NCBI GenBank assembly: GCA_963674735.2 | Contig: CAXXQS010000001.1 | Span: 1,216,001-1,280,000, forward strand | Length of the DNA stretch: 64,000 nucleotides | Source of the DNA: Myxococcota bacterium | GTDB taxonomy: Bacteria; Myxococcota_A; SURF-8 | Direction of reading: 5' to 3' | Shown here: positions 28,774 through 39,300 of the stretch, piece by piece | How the letters are laid out: each line of letters starts with the position of its first letter | Position numbering within the stretch: the stretch's first letter is position 1 | The notes under the pieces: model-generated | What the model was told of the DNA's origin: nothing | Seen by the model: only the letters and a program-made list of their open reading frames with translations | Database searches by the model: none | Position numbers and translations under genes: made by a program

Positions 28774-30612
28774 ATGAAGATGTCGGGACAGAATCCGGAA
28801 CTCAAGCGTTGGTTAAGTGAAAAGTTGTTTAACGCTGCTCCGGTGCATATTGCTGTTATCGATCGAGATTTTAATCTCGTGCATGCCAATCATTCCTTTG
28901 AAACCACCTTTGGTGCCTGGCGGAATCGCAAATGCTACGAAGTCTACAAAGACCGGGACTCCGTTTGTTCACGTTGTTTCGCCGCTCCAACTTTTGATGA
29001 CGGCATTCCGCGGGTCGGTCACGAAACCGGCGTCAACGATGATGGTCGGGTAACGCATTATCTCAAGCACACGATTCCCGTCAGACTCAGTTCCGGGGAA
29101 GTTTCGTATCTGGTGGAAATTTCGACAGACGTAACGGCGATGGAGCGATTGAAGCAGGAAAACGAGTTGTTTTTCGATCGGGTTCCCTGCGACATGGCGA
29201 TTCTCGACCGAAACATGCGTATTGTCCGTGCCAATCAGCAAATCATCGAAAAATTCGGACACACGGAAGGTCGGCGCTGTTTTGAGGTTTTAGCGAATCA
29301 TGATCGCCGCTGTGACGATTGTCCTGCTCATCGTACCTTGGCGGATGGAAACATTCATACCGGGCATTCGAAACTGATCGATGCAAGTGGAAATCCCGTT
29401 TATCTTCAAGTAACGACCATGCCGGTTAGTTTCGAGGAGGATGAACCCACTCACGTGCTCGAAATGGCGGTGGACATCACCCGGCCTACGTTGTTGCAGG
29501 AGGAACTGAAAATCGCCCACTTGTTCCTTGAAACAACGGTTGCAACTTCGATGGATGCTGTTGTTACCATGAACGAGAAACGGGATATCACCATTATGAA
29601 TCCAGCAGCCAAGCGTCTTTTTCGGCTCGCTGATGGTGAAATATTGGAAGGGCACAAAGTCGCGGCGATGTTGCCGGATGGTTTCTTCGATGAAATTCTG
29701 AAGCGCGATAAACATGTTTATCTCCCTGATACGTTTTTGAAGTTGCCGGATATGGAGCCGATTCCCGTCAGACTTGTGGGAGCCAAGCTGATACACGAGG
29801 GGCGCCTGCTGGGTGTGGGCATGTTTATTCAGGATCAGCGCCGTCTCAAGCAACTGGAAAGTGAGAAATTGGAGGCGGAACGTCTGGCTGCCGTGGGACA
29901 AACGGTTGCCGGTCTGGCTCATGGGGTAAAGAATCTGATTACCGGCCTTGAGGGCGGTATGTACATGATGAGCACCGGACTAAAAAAAGACAATCGCAAG
30001 CGTATCGAACGCGGTTGGTCCATGCTTGATCGAAATATCGCCAGAGTGTCGAAATTTGTTAAGGATTTCCTCAGTTTTGCTAAAGGTCGTTCCATAACCG
30101 CAGCCCCTTGCGATCCGGCATCCGTTGCCAAAGAAGTTGTCGATCTCTATGCGGCCAAGGCACACAATGAAAAAATCGAGCTGCGGCTAAACGTAAAAGA
30201 CGAGATCTTTGAAGCCAATCTTGACTATGAGGGGATGCATGAATGTTTGACCAACCTCGTTGGGAATGCAATCGATGCCTGCCTGATGAGCGAATGCAAT
30301 CACCAACTGATTGTGACGGTTGAAGTTGAGGATGGCCCGGATGTGCTTCTTTTTCGGGTTTCCGACAACGGATGTGGTATGGATTACGAAGTTAAACAAA
30401 AAGTATTTACGACATTTTTTACCACCAAGGGCCTGGGAGGAACGGGACTTGGTTTGTTGATGACGCGCAAAATCGTGCAAGAACACGGCGGGACGATCGA
30501 GTTGGACTCGGAACCCGGTGTGGGCACGACTTTTACGATACGGTTGCCGCGTGCGCGGCTTCCGAAAGTGGCCCAGGAATCCGATCCGCCATGCGCCGGA
30601 TTGGAAACCTGA
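28774..30612 (+). CDS. Multi-PAS histidine kinase (cytoplasmic)
   Basis: Three PAS domains, two with C-x11-CxxC motifs; H-box GLAHGVKN; NLVGNAIDA; DNGCGM; FFTTKG..GTGLGL. Confidence 0.93.
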   Translation: MKMSGQNPELKRWLSEKLFNAAPVHIAVIDRDFNLVHANHSFETTFGAWRNRKCYEVYKDRDSVCSRCFAAPTFDDGIPRVGHETGVNDDGRVTHYLKHTIPVRLSSGEVSYLVEISTDVTAMERLKQENELFFDRVPCDMAILDRNMRIVRANQQIIEKFGHTEGRRCFEVLANHDRRCDDCPAHRTLADGNIHTGHSKLIDASGNPVYLQVTTMPVSFEEDEPTHVLEMAVDITRPTLLQEELKIAHLFLETTVATSMDAVVTMNEKRDITIMNPAAKRLFRLADGEILEGHKVAAMLPDGFFDEILKRDKHVYLPDTFLKLPDMEPIPVRLVGAKLIHEGRLLGVGMFIQDQRRLKQLESEKLEAERLAAVGQTVAGLAHGVKNLITGLEGGMYMMSTGLKKDNRKRIERGWSMLDRNIARVSKFVKDFLSFAKGRSITAAPCDPASVAKEVVDLYAAKAHNEKIELRLNVKDEIFEANLDYEGMHECLTNLVGNAIDACLMSECNHQLIVTVEVEDGPDVLLFRVSDNGCGMDYEVKQKVFTTFFTTKGLGGTGLGLLMTRKIVQEHGGTIELDSEPGVGTTFTIRLPRARLPKVAQESDPPCAGLET

Positions 30613-30791
30613 AGTCAATTTGGGGATCTGAACGAGGTTTCTACAATCTGAACCGGGCTATTTGTACTCTTCGAGCACGAATCTTTGATGCCGCGGCATT
30701 TGCAGCGTAACCGTCGATCGGTGACGATACGTCGGTGCGTTGTTGCGAATAAGAGGACTTGGGTTTTCCACTCCTCGGAAGGAGGCTTGCC

Positions 30792-31250
30792 ATGGCGAAA
30801 GCGGGAGATGTCACCATTTTAGTGGTGGACGACGAGGCAGACGTGCGGGAGTATCTGACAGCTTGTCTGGAAGATCACGGTTTCAAGGTTGAAACGGCCG
30901 TGAACGGAGAAGACGCGCTGGAGAAGATGGAGTTGCGTGTTCCCGATCTGGTAACTCTGGATTTGGTAATGCCCGGCATCTCCGGCGTTCGAGTCCTCAG
31001 GCGAATGCGGAGATCACCGAAACTTGCCGAGGTTCCGGTTATTTTAATCACCGCGTTTGCGCATCATAGCGATATTTGCGGAGAAATTCGAGAACTGATG
31101 GCTGTTCCGATCAAGTATCGCCCGCGCAAACTGATGGAAAAACCGATTACTCCGCAAAAACTAGCGACAGCGATTGCCGATACGCTGAATGTTGATATGC
31201 TCGTCACGCTCGGCGACTCCCATACGGACTTTGATGTAACAGGAGTCTGA
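30792..31250 (+). CDS. Single-domain response regulator
   Basis: GGAGG RBS; ILVVDDEAD, PDLVTLDLVMP, VPVILITA, EKP. Confidence 0.9.
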   Translation: MAKAGDVTILVVDDEADVREYLTACLEDHGFKVETAVNGEDALEKMELRVPDLVTLDLVMPGISGVRVLRRMRRSPKLAEVPVILITAFAHHSDICGEIRELMAVPIKYRPRKLMEKPITPQKLATAIADTLNVDMLVTLGDSHTDFDVTGV

Positions 31251-31281
31251 AAAAAATAGCCCCGCAATAAGCGAGGCTATT
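31250..31281. terminator. Terminator hairpin between convergent genes
   Basis: AATAGCCCCGC...GCGAGGCTATT preceded by an A run. Confidence 0.6.
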
Positions 31282-31304
31282 GGGTTAGCGAAGGGGATTA
31301 CTTT

Positions 31305-34300
31305 TCAGGGGTTGACTGTTTTGCAGCAGCGAGCGCCGATCCAAGACGCTTCATCGTTCCAACTGCGCGATATGCTGGAATTGCATTGAAGGGAACCGCT
31401 GCCTGAGAAGGCAGAACCACCCATGATATATTGATTCGGTTGGCTGTAATTCCCGTTTGTCGTCCATTCCCAGACATTTCCGGACATGTCGAAGTGACCA
31501 TAAGCGTTAGTGCAGCCCGAAAGGGATGCGGTATTGCGGACGCTTTGGCCTCCGTTCGCGTTTCCGTAATCGGCTCCATTACAGGTTAGGCTTTGATAGC
31601 TGTCGCCATACGGGTAGGCATTTTCGCCGTTCATCGAGCAGGAAGCCATCCAATCATTTGGTGAACAAAGAGATTTCCCTGCATTTTCACAGGCTTTCTT
31701 TGCTTGATCGTGAGTCATCCAACGCGAAGGAGCGACACCGGAGACCGAACAGGCCGTCGGATCGGTGATCGAGCAGAAGAAATCGCTTCCTCCGGACCCG
31801 CCGAAGCAGAACCAATAATCATCCTCACTTTGACCGCGGTAATTCCCATTGCAGTCGGAGTTACCCGAAATGACCATTTCGTACTTATCGATGCAGCGGT
31901 TGGTGCAGGGGATGCGCACCATATCGGAGTGTCCCGGACAGTCTCCCGGATCTTGGTATAGGCTAGTATCCGGCTGGTGTTCGCAGGTTCCACTGCTGCA
32001 TTGATCGATGGTGCAAGGATCGTCATCGCTGTCGCAGACCGTTCCATCCGGCGCATTTGCGGTGCCAATGCAGTCGCCGGACTGGCAGGCCGAAGAGGAG
32101 GTACAGACATCGTTGTCGTTGCAACTGTCGTTTTCTTTCGGAGTGGGATCCTTTTCACAACCGTAGCCATAGTAACTGGTCGATACGCAATAGCCGACAT
32201 TGCAGGCATCATCAGCACTTGAGCAGTCCGCCTGGTTGCCTGGAGAGCAGGAGCCGCTTTGGCAGGTATCGTTGACCGTGCAACCGTCGTTGTCGGCGTT
32301 ACAGATGTCTCCCTCGTACACGGTGGAGTCCGTTTCGCAGGTGTACGAGTCGAAGGTGGTGGAAAGGCAGTAACCCTCGTTGCATTGGTCGGAAATACCG
32401 GTGCAGTCTGCAGTGCCGCCTGCGTGGCAGGCTCCATCATAACAGGTGTCACTGACGGTGCAGCCATCTTCGTCTGCGTTACAACGTACGCCCTCGGCCT
32501 GAGTGTATTGGCGGAATCCGCAGGGCTCAGCCGCATTCGACGGATCGCAGGTATCTTCCGTGCAATCGTTGTAATCATTGCAGATTCTAGCTGTTCCCGT
32601 GCATTGACCGCCACTGCATACATCGTTGACCGTACAAGCATTGCCGTCATTACAAAAGTTTGTGTTGTTGGTGTATTCGCAACCGGTTAACGGATTACAG
32701 GAATCGGTCGTGCATGTGTTTTCTCCACCACCGGGGAAATAATCGGTGCAATCCCGTGTCGAACCCAGGCACTGACCGTTGGAGCAGGTATCGTTAACGG
32801 TGCAGAGATTATTGTCGTTGCAGTCCCCGCCAGTGAGATTCAAACTATCGCAGCCGATGCCAGGTTCACACCAGTTCTGCGTACAGATGTTGCCGTCTTC
32901 GCAATTTTTAGGTGTACCGACGCACTCGCCGCTGTCGCAATGATCGTTTTCCGTACAGGGATCATAATCTTCGCATGGTCCTTCGCGTGGATCGTTCCGG
33001 CAACCGACATACGCGATGCAACTATCGGTCGTACACGTTTTATTGTCGTTACACAGGTCTGTGGTCGGCCCGGAATAGCAGATGCCACCACTGCAATAAT
33101 CGCCCAGTGAGCAAGGATTTGAGTCGTCGCAGCTTCCGGAGATCGGCCGCCATTTACAGCCTTGCACGTCGTCGCAATAGTACTCCCGACAAGCGAGATC
33201 CTTGTCTTCCACCGGATCGTCGGCGGTGGGGCATTCCATCGAGTTTTCACCCGGCTGGCATAGCCCTTGAGATGTGCAGACGTCGTCGACGGTGCATGAG
33301 TTGTTATCGCTACAGGGCTCCCCGGTGAGAGCGACGTGGAGGCAAGGATCGTTAGGCGGTAGAATTTCGGAATCGCAAACATCATCCGTGCAGTATTTGC
33401 CGTCATCGCAGCTTTTGGTTGAAGAGCCGGGAGTACATATGCCACTCAGGCAACGGTCATCCAGCGTGCATTGGTTGTTATCGGAGCAGGTTGCACCATC
33501 ATTAACGGCTTGGTGGGTGCAATAGTCGGTCAATTCGCAGTCATCACCGGTACAAGCGGTGGGAGAACAGGAATCGTTTGTACAAGTATTATCGTCGCCG
33601 CAATCCGGCCTGCCGGTTCCGGATTTGCATGTTTTGTTGCTGCAATAGTCGCCAACCGTACACGGATTGCCATCGTCGCACAGGCTTGAATTGTCGGCCG
33701 TATATTGGCAGCCATATGTTTTGCTACATGAATCGATGGTGCAATTGTTTTCAGCTCCACCCGGGAGATAATCTCGACATTCGATCGTATCACCGACGCA
33801 GACGCCGCTTTCACAATGATCGTCTTCGGTACAGGCGTCGTTATCATTGCAAGGCGAATCGTCGTCAATTGGGGGGAAATAGCAGACTCCCTGTTCATCA
33901 CAGGTGTTTTCCGTGCAATCGTTATTGTCCTCACAGACTTTTGTTTGCCCGGAAATGCATGTCATTGTGACGCCGACATAGGCACAATAATCTCCGGTGG
34001 TGCATGGGTCGCCATCTTCACAGGAACCGGTGCGCGGCGTGTGGATACAGCCGGTGTCGGAATTACAGGTATCGATGGTGCAATCATTGTAATCTTCACA
34101 AGCACCTTCCGTGCTTCCCGGCTGACACGAGCCGAGCGAGCATTTGTCGCCGATGGTGCAGCGATCGTCGTCGTCGCAGTCAAGTTCGTTGAATTCATGA
34201 TCGCAAGGATCCGGAGAGGTGCTCGATGAGTCGCAGGAATCATCCGTACAGATGTTGCCGTCATTGCAATTCAGTGGTTCGCCATCTTCGCAGGTTCCGT

Positions 34301-36146
34301 TTTGGCAGGTGTCGTTGACCGTACATGGATTATCGTTTACACAGTCTTTCCCGTTATCATACGGGAAAACGCAGCCTTGACCATTGATACATTCGTTTTG
34401 GGTGCATTCGTTATTGTCTTCGCAAATAACGGGATCTCCGATACAAGTACCGTTGGAATTGCAGGTTTCATTTTCGGTGCAGTCATTGTTGTCATTGCAA
34501 GCCGATCCCGGGACGGCCGGATACTCGAAGCATTGAGTTGTTCGGCATTCGATAACGATACAACCGTCATTCGTTCCGCAGGCTTCTTGCGGCATCCAGC
34601 CCGTTCCATCGTTTTTGCATACTTGCTCATGCTGGAGGTCTACGCAACGCCATTCATTCGGCGTACAGGGCTGCGGAACGCATTCACTCTCCAGGCAGAT
34701 TTCACCGAAAACTTCGCATGGGGTGAATTCACCGAGGGATTCACCATCGTCGCCGCAAATCCGGTAACCGGTGCCGCCTTCGTACCAGCAGATGATCTCA
34801 CCGGGCGAGCAATTGGGCACGCATTGGGGACTGTTTTGAACGTCGGGATCCGGGGTCATACCGGGGGGGCATTCTTCGGCACCAAAGCCGGAAACCGAAA
34901 CATACAAATACGGATTATCGACCGAGTTTGTGGTCAGACGCAATGTATTGCTGTAGGCTGTGGCTTCCGGCGGATCGAACATCAGTGTCAGGTTCAAAGT
35001 ATTACCCGGATCGATCGATTCACCGAGGATATCGCCCTGGATAACAAAGGGGTTGGGATTAGAAGTCGCCCAACTTTTTCCATTGATTGTCAATTCTCCC
35101 GTGCCGTCGTTGCTGATGGTCGTCGAACGCAACGCAGGTCCGAGATCGATGAGAACGTACCCGAAATCCAGGTTGTCCGGATCGACTTCACCCAATGATC
35201 CGACGCCGGATCCGGAGAGCGGGATGGTGAGGCTTTGTTCGTCGTTTACGAAATCATTTGCCGTGATGATGAGCTGATTGGAGAAATCGTTTTCTTCTGT
35301 TGGAGCAAACTGAACCGCACACTGCATTTCCGCATTGGGACTCAAGTAGAAGGGAGGACGGCAACCGCCTTCCAGGATCAGTTTGAACGGTGCACCGGCT
35401 TGCTGAAGAGCAATGGCGCTGATTTCCAAGGGACGTGTGGAGTCGGCGGGGTTGGGAATTGCACTGACGGTGAAGTACTCGCGGTAAGCGGCTGAACCGT
35501 CGGAGGAGATAACCTGCTCATCCCATTGGATTTCAGTCGGCTCGACTCCCAACTCGGCGGTTCCTTTCCAGTTGGTGCGCAGAGATACTTCGGCACGCGG
35601 CAGAACATCGTCATTGGATCCTATGATCAACATGCCTTCATCCTGCCGGCCATCGGAAGGGCAATACTGCACTCTCACCGTAATGGTGTAGCCGGGGGAC
35701 AGATCTTGTGGAAGATCCTCATCCGTCGGAGCTTCGATGACGAATTCGCGGCTGGTTTCGGCTGTGAGAAGTGTATCGATGATGGTGATGGGTTTAATAC
35801 CCGAGGAGGTTGCAACGATATCGATCGCCTTGCATTCTCCCGGCATGACAGCGCCGAAATCGACTTCATCGGTTACGGTGAGACAGTGCTCGTAACAAGT
35901 TGCCGGAATGTCGCTGGTGTCCCCATCCGTTTCCGTGTCGCCATCTGTAGTTGGTTTATCGATATCGCCATCGGTGTTGAGATCGATGTCGATATCGGGA
36001 ACCTCATCACCATCAACAGGATCGTCGCTGTCACCTGGATTGTCACCATCGGGAGGATTGTCATCAGAATCGGTGCCGGTACAGGACATGACTGATAAGG
36101 TGATCGCCAGAACGAAAAGAAGGAACATCCATCTGCCTAAGGCCAT
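31305..36146 (-). CDS. Giant Cys-rich lipoprotein: acidic DGD linker, three Ig-like (choice-of-anchor D/ASH-like) domains, CTDC-type repeats and a C-terminal FGE-sulfatase (CLec-fold) domain
   Basis: Lipobox VMSC; VDFGAV/LDFGYV Ig-like repeats; about 25-30 C-x-D-x-N-x-CT-x-D-x-C units; C-terminal IDKYE...YPYG...FDMSGNVWEW...IGARCC. Confidence 0.88.
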   Translation of the reverse strand: MALGRWMFLLFVLAITLSVMSCTGTDSDDNPPDGDNPGDSDDPVDGDEVPDIDIDLNTDGDIDKPTTDGDTETDGDTSDIPATCYEHCLTVTDEVDFGAVMPGECKAIDIVATSSGIKPITIIDTLLTAETSREFVIEAPTDEDLPQDLSPGYTITVRVQYCPSDGRQDEGMLIIGSNDDVLPRAEVSLRTNWKGTAELGVEPTEIQWDEQVISSDGSAAYREYFTVSAIPNPADSTRPLEISAIALQQAGAPFKLILEGGCRPPFYLSPNAEMQCAVQFAPTEENDFSNQLIITANDFVNDEQSLTIPLSGSGVGSLGEVDPDNLDFGYVLIDLGPALRSTTISNDGTGELTINGKSWATSNPNPFVIQGDILGESIDPGNTLNLTLMFDPPEATAYSNTLRLTTNSVDNPYLYVSVSGFGAEECPPGMTPDPDVQNSPQCVPNCSPGEIICWYEGGTGYRICGDDGESLGEFTPCEVFGEICLESECVPQPCTPNEWRCVDLQHEQVCKNDGTGWMPQEACGTNDGCIVIECRTTQCFEYPAVPGSACNDNNDCTENETCNSNGTCIGDPVICEDNNECTQNECINGQGCVFPYDNGKDCVNDNPCTVNDTCQNGTCEDGEPLNCNDGNICTDDSCDSSSTSPDPCDHEFNELDCDDDDRCTIGDKCSLGSCQPGSTEGACEDYNDCTIDTCNSDTGCIHTPRTGSCEDGDPCTTGDYCAYVGVTMTCISGQTKVCEDNNDCTENTCDEQGVCYFPPIDDDSPCNDNDACTEDDHCESGVCVGDTIECRDYLPGGAENNCTIDSCSKTYGCQYTADNSSLCDDGNPCTVGDYCSNKTCKSGTGRPDCGDDNTCTNDSCSPTACTGDDCELTDYCTHQAVNDGATCSDNNQCTLDDRCLSGICTPGSSTKSCDDGKYCTDDVCDSEILPPNDPCLHVALTGEPCSDNNSCTVDDVCTSQGLCQPGENSMECPTADDPVEDKDLACREYYCDDVQGCKWRPISGSCDDSNPCSLGDYCSGGICYSGPTTDLCNDNKTCTTDSCIAYVGCRNDPREGPCEDYDPCTENDHCDSGECVGTPKNCEDGNICTQNWCEPGIGCDSLNLTGGDCNDNNLCTVNDTCSNGQCLGSTRDCTDYFPGGGENTCTTDSCNPLTGCEYTNNTNFCNDGNACTVNDVCSGGQCTGTARICNDYNDCTEDTCDPSNAAEPCGFRQYTQAEGVRCNADEDGCTVSDTCYDGACHAGGTADCTGISDQCNEGYCLSTTFDSYTCETDSTVYEGDICNADNDGCTVNDTCQSGSCSPGNQADCSSADDACNVGYCVSTSYYGYGCEKDPTPKENDSCNDNDVCTSSSACQSGDCIGTANAPDGTVCDSDDDPCTIDQCSSGTCEHQPDTSLYQDPGDCPGHSDMVRIPCTNRCIDKYEMVISGNSDCNGNYRGQSEDDYWFCFGGSGGSDFFCSITDPTACSVSGVAPSRWMTHDQAKKACENAGKSLCSPNDWMASCSMNGENAYPYGDSYQSLTCNGADYGNANGGQSVRNTASLSGCTNAYGHFDMSGNVWEWTTNGNYSQPNQYIMGGSAFSGSGSLQCNSSISRSWNDEASWIGARCCKTVNP
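31980..34500 (-). repeat. Degenerate Dictyostelium-type CTDC Cys repeats (protein level)
   Basis: For example CNDGNICTDDSC, CDDGNPCTVGDYC and CEDYDPCTENDHC, recurring about every 25 aa. Confidence 0.85.
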
Positions 36147-36354
36147 CTCGAAATCTCCTACTACAACTCATGGGTGACTGCACATTTCCGGGATATTGCA
36201 ACAAAAGCACTCTAACCGGGAAACCCGGATAAATGTAAAAACAGGCGAGACCTATTTCCTTTGATAGCAGAATCGCAAGGGAAATTCAATTCTTTTGTCG
36301 GTTCAGTTACGAATGACAAAGCGCCAAACAGCGGCCTTTCTCATTTTTAAGATT

Positions 36355-39300
36355 TTAATTGGAGGGAGCAGATGCCTCCGTGAGTAAACGCACAACGATT
36401 CCCTCACGTTCCGATCGATCGATTTCGGCACAGAAACGGTAGAAATTCATGTAGTCAGACAACTCGACTCTTTGAATTGGAATCGCGAAATCCCTTGTAA
36501 AAGTAACGGTTTGCCCTTTCGTTTCTACATTTAGACTGTAGCGCCCGAACGACTCGCTGACGTTTTTGGGCTCAGGGAGGGAGGCTAGAGTTGTACCTGG
36601 CGGCAATTGTAGCACCGTTGTATTGACGCCGCTGTTTATCCCATTGATCAGCATGGGGTAATTCCGCGATGGTAGACGAATGTAACTTTGCAGCAATTCA
36701 AGCGGGAAAAATCCACCTTCGATGCGCAAGGTGTCGCGACTGACCCGAGCCATTCTACCGATGGTAAATGTGTAGTGAAGTTCAATGGGGAGATCGGGAT
36801 CTGCCAAATTGGCTATGTCAACACTTTCAATCTGGGCTCCTGGGAAGTTACGGCTAAGGACCATTTCGAAAAACGGTTTGCGGCGATCGGTTGGAATTTG
36901 CTTGAGTTTTCTTCGCAACCCCGCTGAATAGTATCCACCGATGCGCTCAATTGCTTCAGCCTGGGCCGATCCATCTCCTTTGAGCTTGATAAATAAACTG
37001 ACTTCTTTTGCTTCTCCCTGGGTGGTCCAAACCGGCAGGCGAGTAAAAACATCTGCTTCTTCGGTCAGAACAAGCGCTCGGGTTCCGGATAATAACGGGG
37101 AAGGACGATTGAAAACCGACTCCTTGAACCTTGACTCCAAATAGAGCGTTTGACCGTCTTGCAAGCGAACCCTCAGCATAGGGCTTGAGTAAGCGCTCGG
37201 GTACGCATTGGGGTAGCCGATCGGTTGAACGGTGATTGGTCTGGCCAGTATGAATTCATTTTCAATATCAATCATGTCGAGTAGAGCGGCGAGCAAGAGT
37301 AAGCGGTTGCCGTTTTTGTTCAATAAAATTTGCGTGGCAGTGGAACCGAAACGGTGGTCGTTGTCTTCGCCTTCAACCGTATTCGCGATGGCATAGAAAA
37401 GGCGGCGAACGGTTTCGAATTCGGATTCGCCGTTAACCTGATTCTCATTGAGGAATTTTCGAAGCTCGGTGGTCGGTCGATCAAGTAAAACCCGTTTCTG
37501 CCTGAAATAGTCTCTTAATTCTCGCCAATCAACCGGTAGACTCAGGTGAACGATCGGCAGCACCTCTTCCTTGACCGGCATAAAAGGCTCACTGAAAATC
37601 GCATCTAACTTGCTGTTGAGGTAATCCCAGGATATCCATCCGTTTTCTTCGTGGCGAACGGGTTCCGATCCTTCGTAATTCATGGCGAAGCGGTTTACGG
37701 GGAGATCGCTTGGGTGTTGGACACGAAAGTGGGAGCGGAAAACGGGGGTGTCGAGCATACGAAACATGAAACGCGCGGTGAAAAGGCGACCATTGGATAA
37801 GCTGTTGTTTTTACTCGTTCCTTCCGCGTAGTCCATCTCAATGAAATCGCCCACTTCCAGGTTGGGCATGGTAATGGAACGCAGACCCGCCACATTGTCC
37901 GGAACCAGTATGCGTCCATCTGGTTTGATCACGCGTAACTGATAAATTTCCGCGCCGCGAGGAAGATAGATCTCACCATAGCGGGTTTGCGCTTCTTTCG
38001 TTTGCACTCGTGTGACGATGTGGGTACGGCCGATGGCGCTTCCGTCTTCGAATATCCGGGTTATATACTCATCCAGGACCACGACCGCCCCGGCTTCCGG
38101 CTTGAAATTGTCTTTCAGGAAATCGGCTATCACTGTTTCGGCGGAGGTGACGGAATCGCCCAGAATTTCCGTTCCACTCAGAAAAGCAATATCTCTCCTC
38201 ACATTGAAAGCCCCAGGTTTCTGCTTTAGATGTTTTTCGAGAATATTCTTGGCTTCGGCTTTTCTGTCATTGAGAACCAACACACGAGCCAGTTCGCGGG
38301 AATACTGGGACTCCGTTCCAGGATGCTTTCTTAAAGCTGAGTATATTTCAATGGCTTGTTTGAAGTTTCCACGTTTGGTGGACAACTTGGCCAAGGCTCT
38401 GCGAAGCGTGCGATCATACGGTATCCATTCAAGACTTCGACGAATCTGTTGTTCGGCTTCATCGTATTTGCCCCCTTCTTCAAGCCAACGGCTGTAGGTG
38501 AGACCTGGACCATCGAGTTGGGCGATACGCTCCACTAGTTTCGCGGCGGAGGCAAAATCGGAGCGGCTACGGTAATACAGGTAAAGATCTTGAAGGAAAT
38601 CGAGATCTCGGTTGTTTCTGGCGAGGGTTTGCTTCGCGGCCTTTTCAGCTTCCTCGTGCCACTGATTATGGTTGTATATTTGGAAAAGCGATTTATACCA
38701 GAAATAATATGAAGGTTCTTGTTTGATTAACGTATGAAGCCGCTCAATTGCCTTTTCAATACGATCTTGGGCGACATCGTCCTCGACCAACTGGTGAGCG
38801 GCCATCGCTTGTGCCGGGTCGAGTTCAAGTGCCTTTTTCAGGTCGCGTCGGGCGATATCCTGAGCAAAACGCTGAGGGAGAGCCGGATCCGACGACGCAT
38901 TCAATGCGCGTAGGGTATAGAGTGGGGCGAAATGAGGATTGATGGCAAGAGCTCGTTCAACGTCCTGCTTGACCCGCTCGATATCGAGGATTTCCATGTT
39001 TGCCAATAAACTAAATAAAAGCGTGTAGATATCGGGGTTGGCATCCGCGCGTTTGGACCAGAAGCGCTCTTCCGCTTCGGGTAAATCAGCCTTTTTAGGG
39101 GATGAATCAGTTGCAAGGGTCGGTGGATTTTCGCAATCGGCGGACCAAGTCAGGGCGATGGGTTCGCCTTTAACTCCGGTCAAGCCGAGATCAAACCCGA
39201 TGTTGGGTTGATGGCTCCCAATTTTTAGTACGAGTTTATGCCAGCCTGCAGCGAGTCCGACGACGGTTTCTGTCAGAGGAGGCAGATAGGCCTGACGCGT

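Noticed and set aside
31305-31500. Complete DGR cassette at the FGE-domain C-terminus
   Set aside because: No reverse transcriptase, accessory gene or template repeat is visible in the window.
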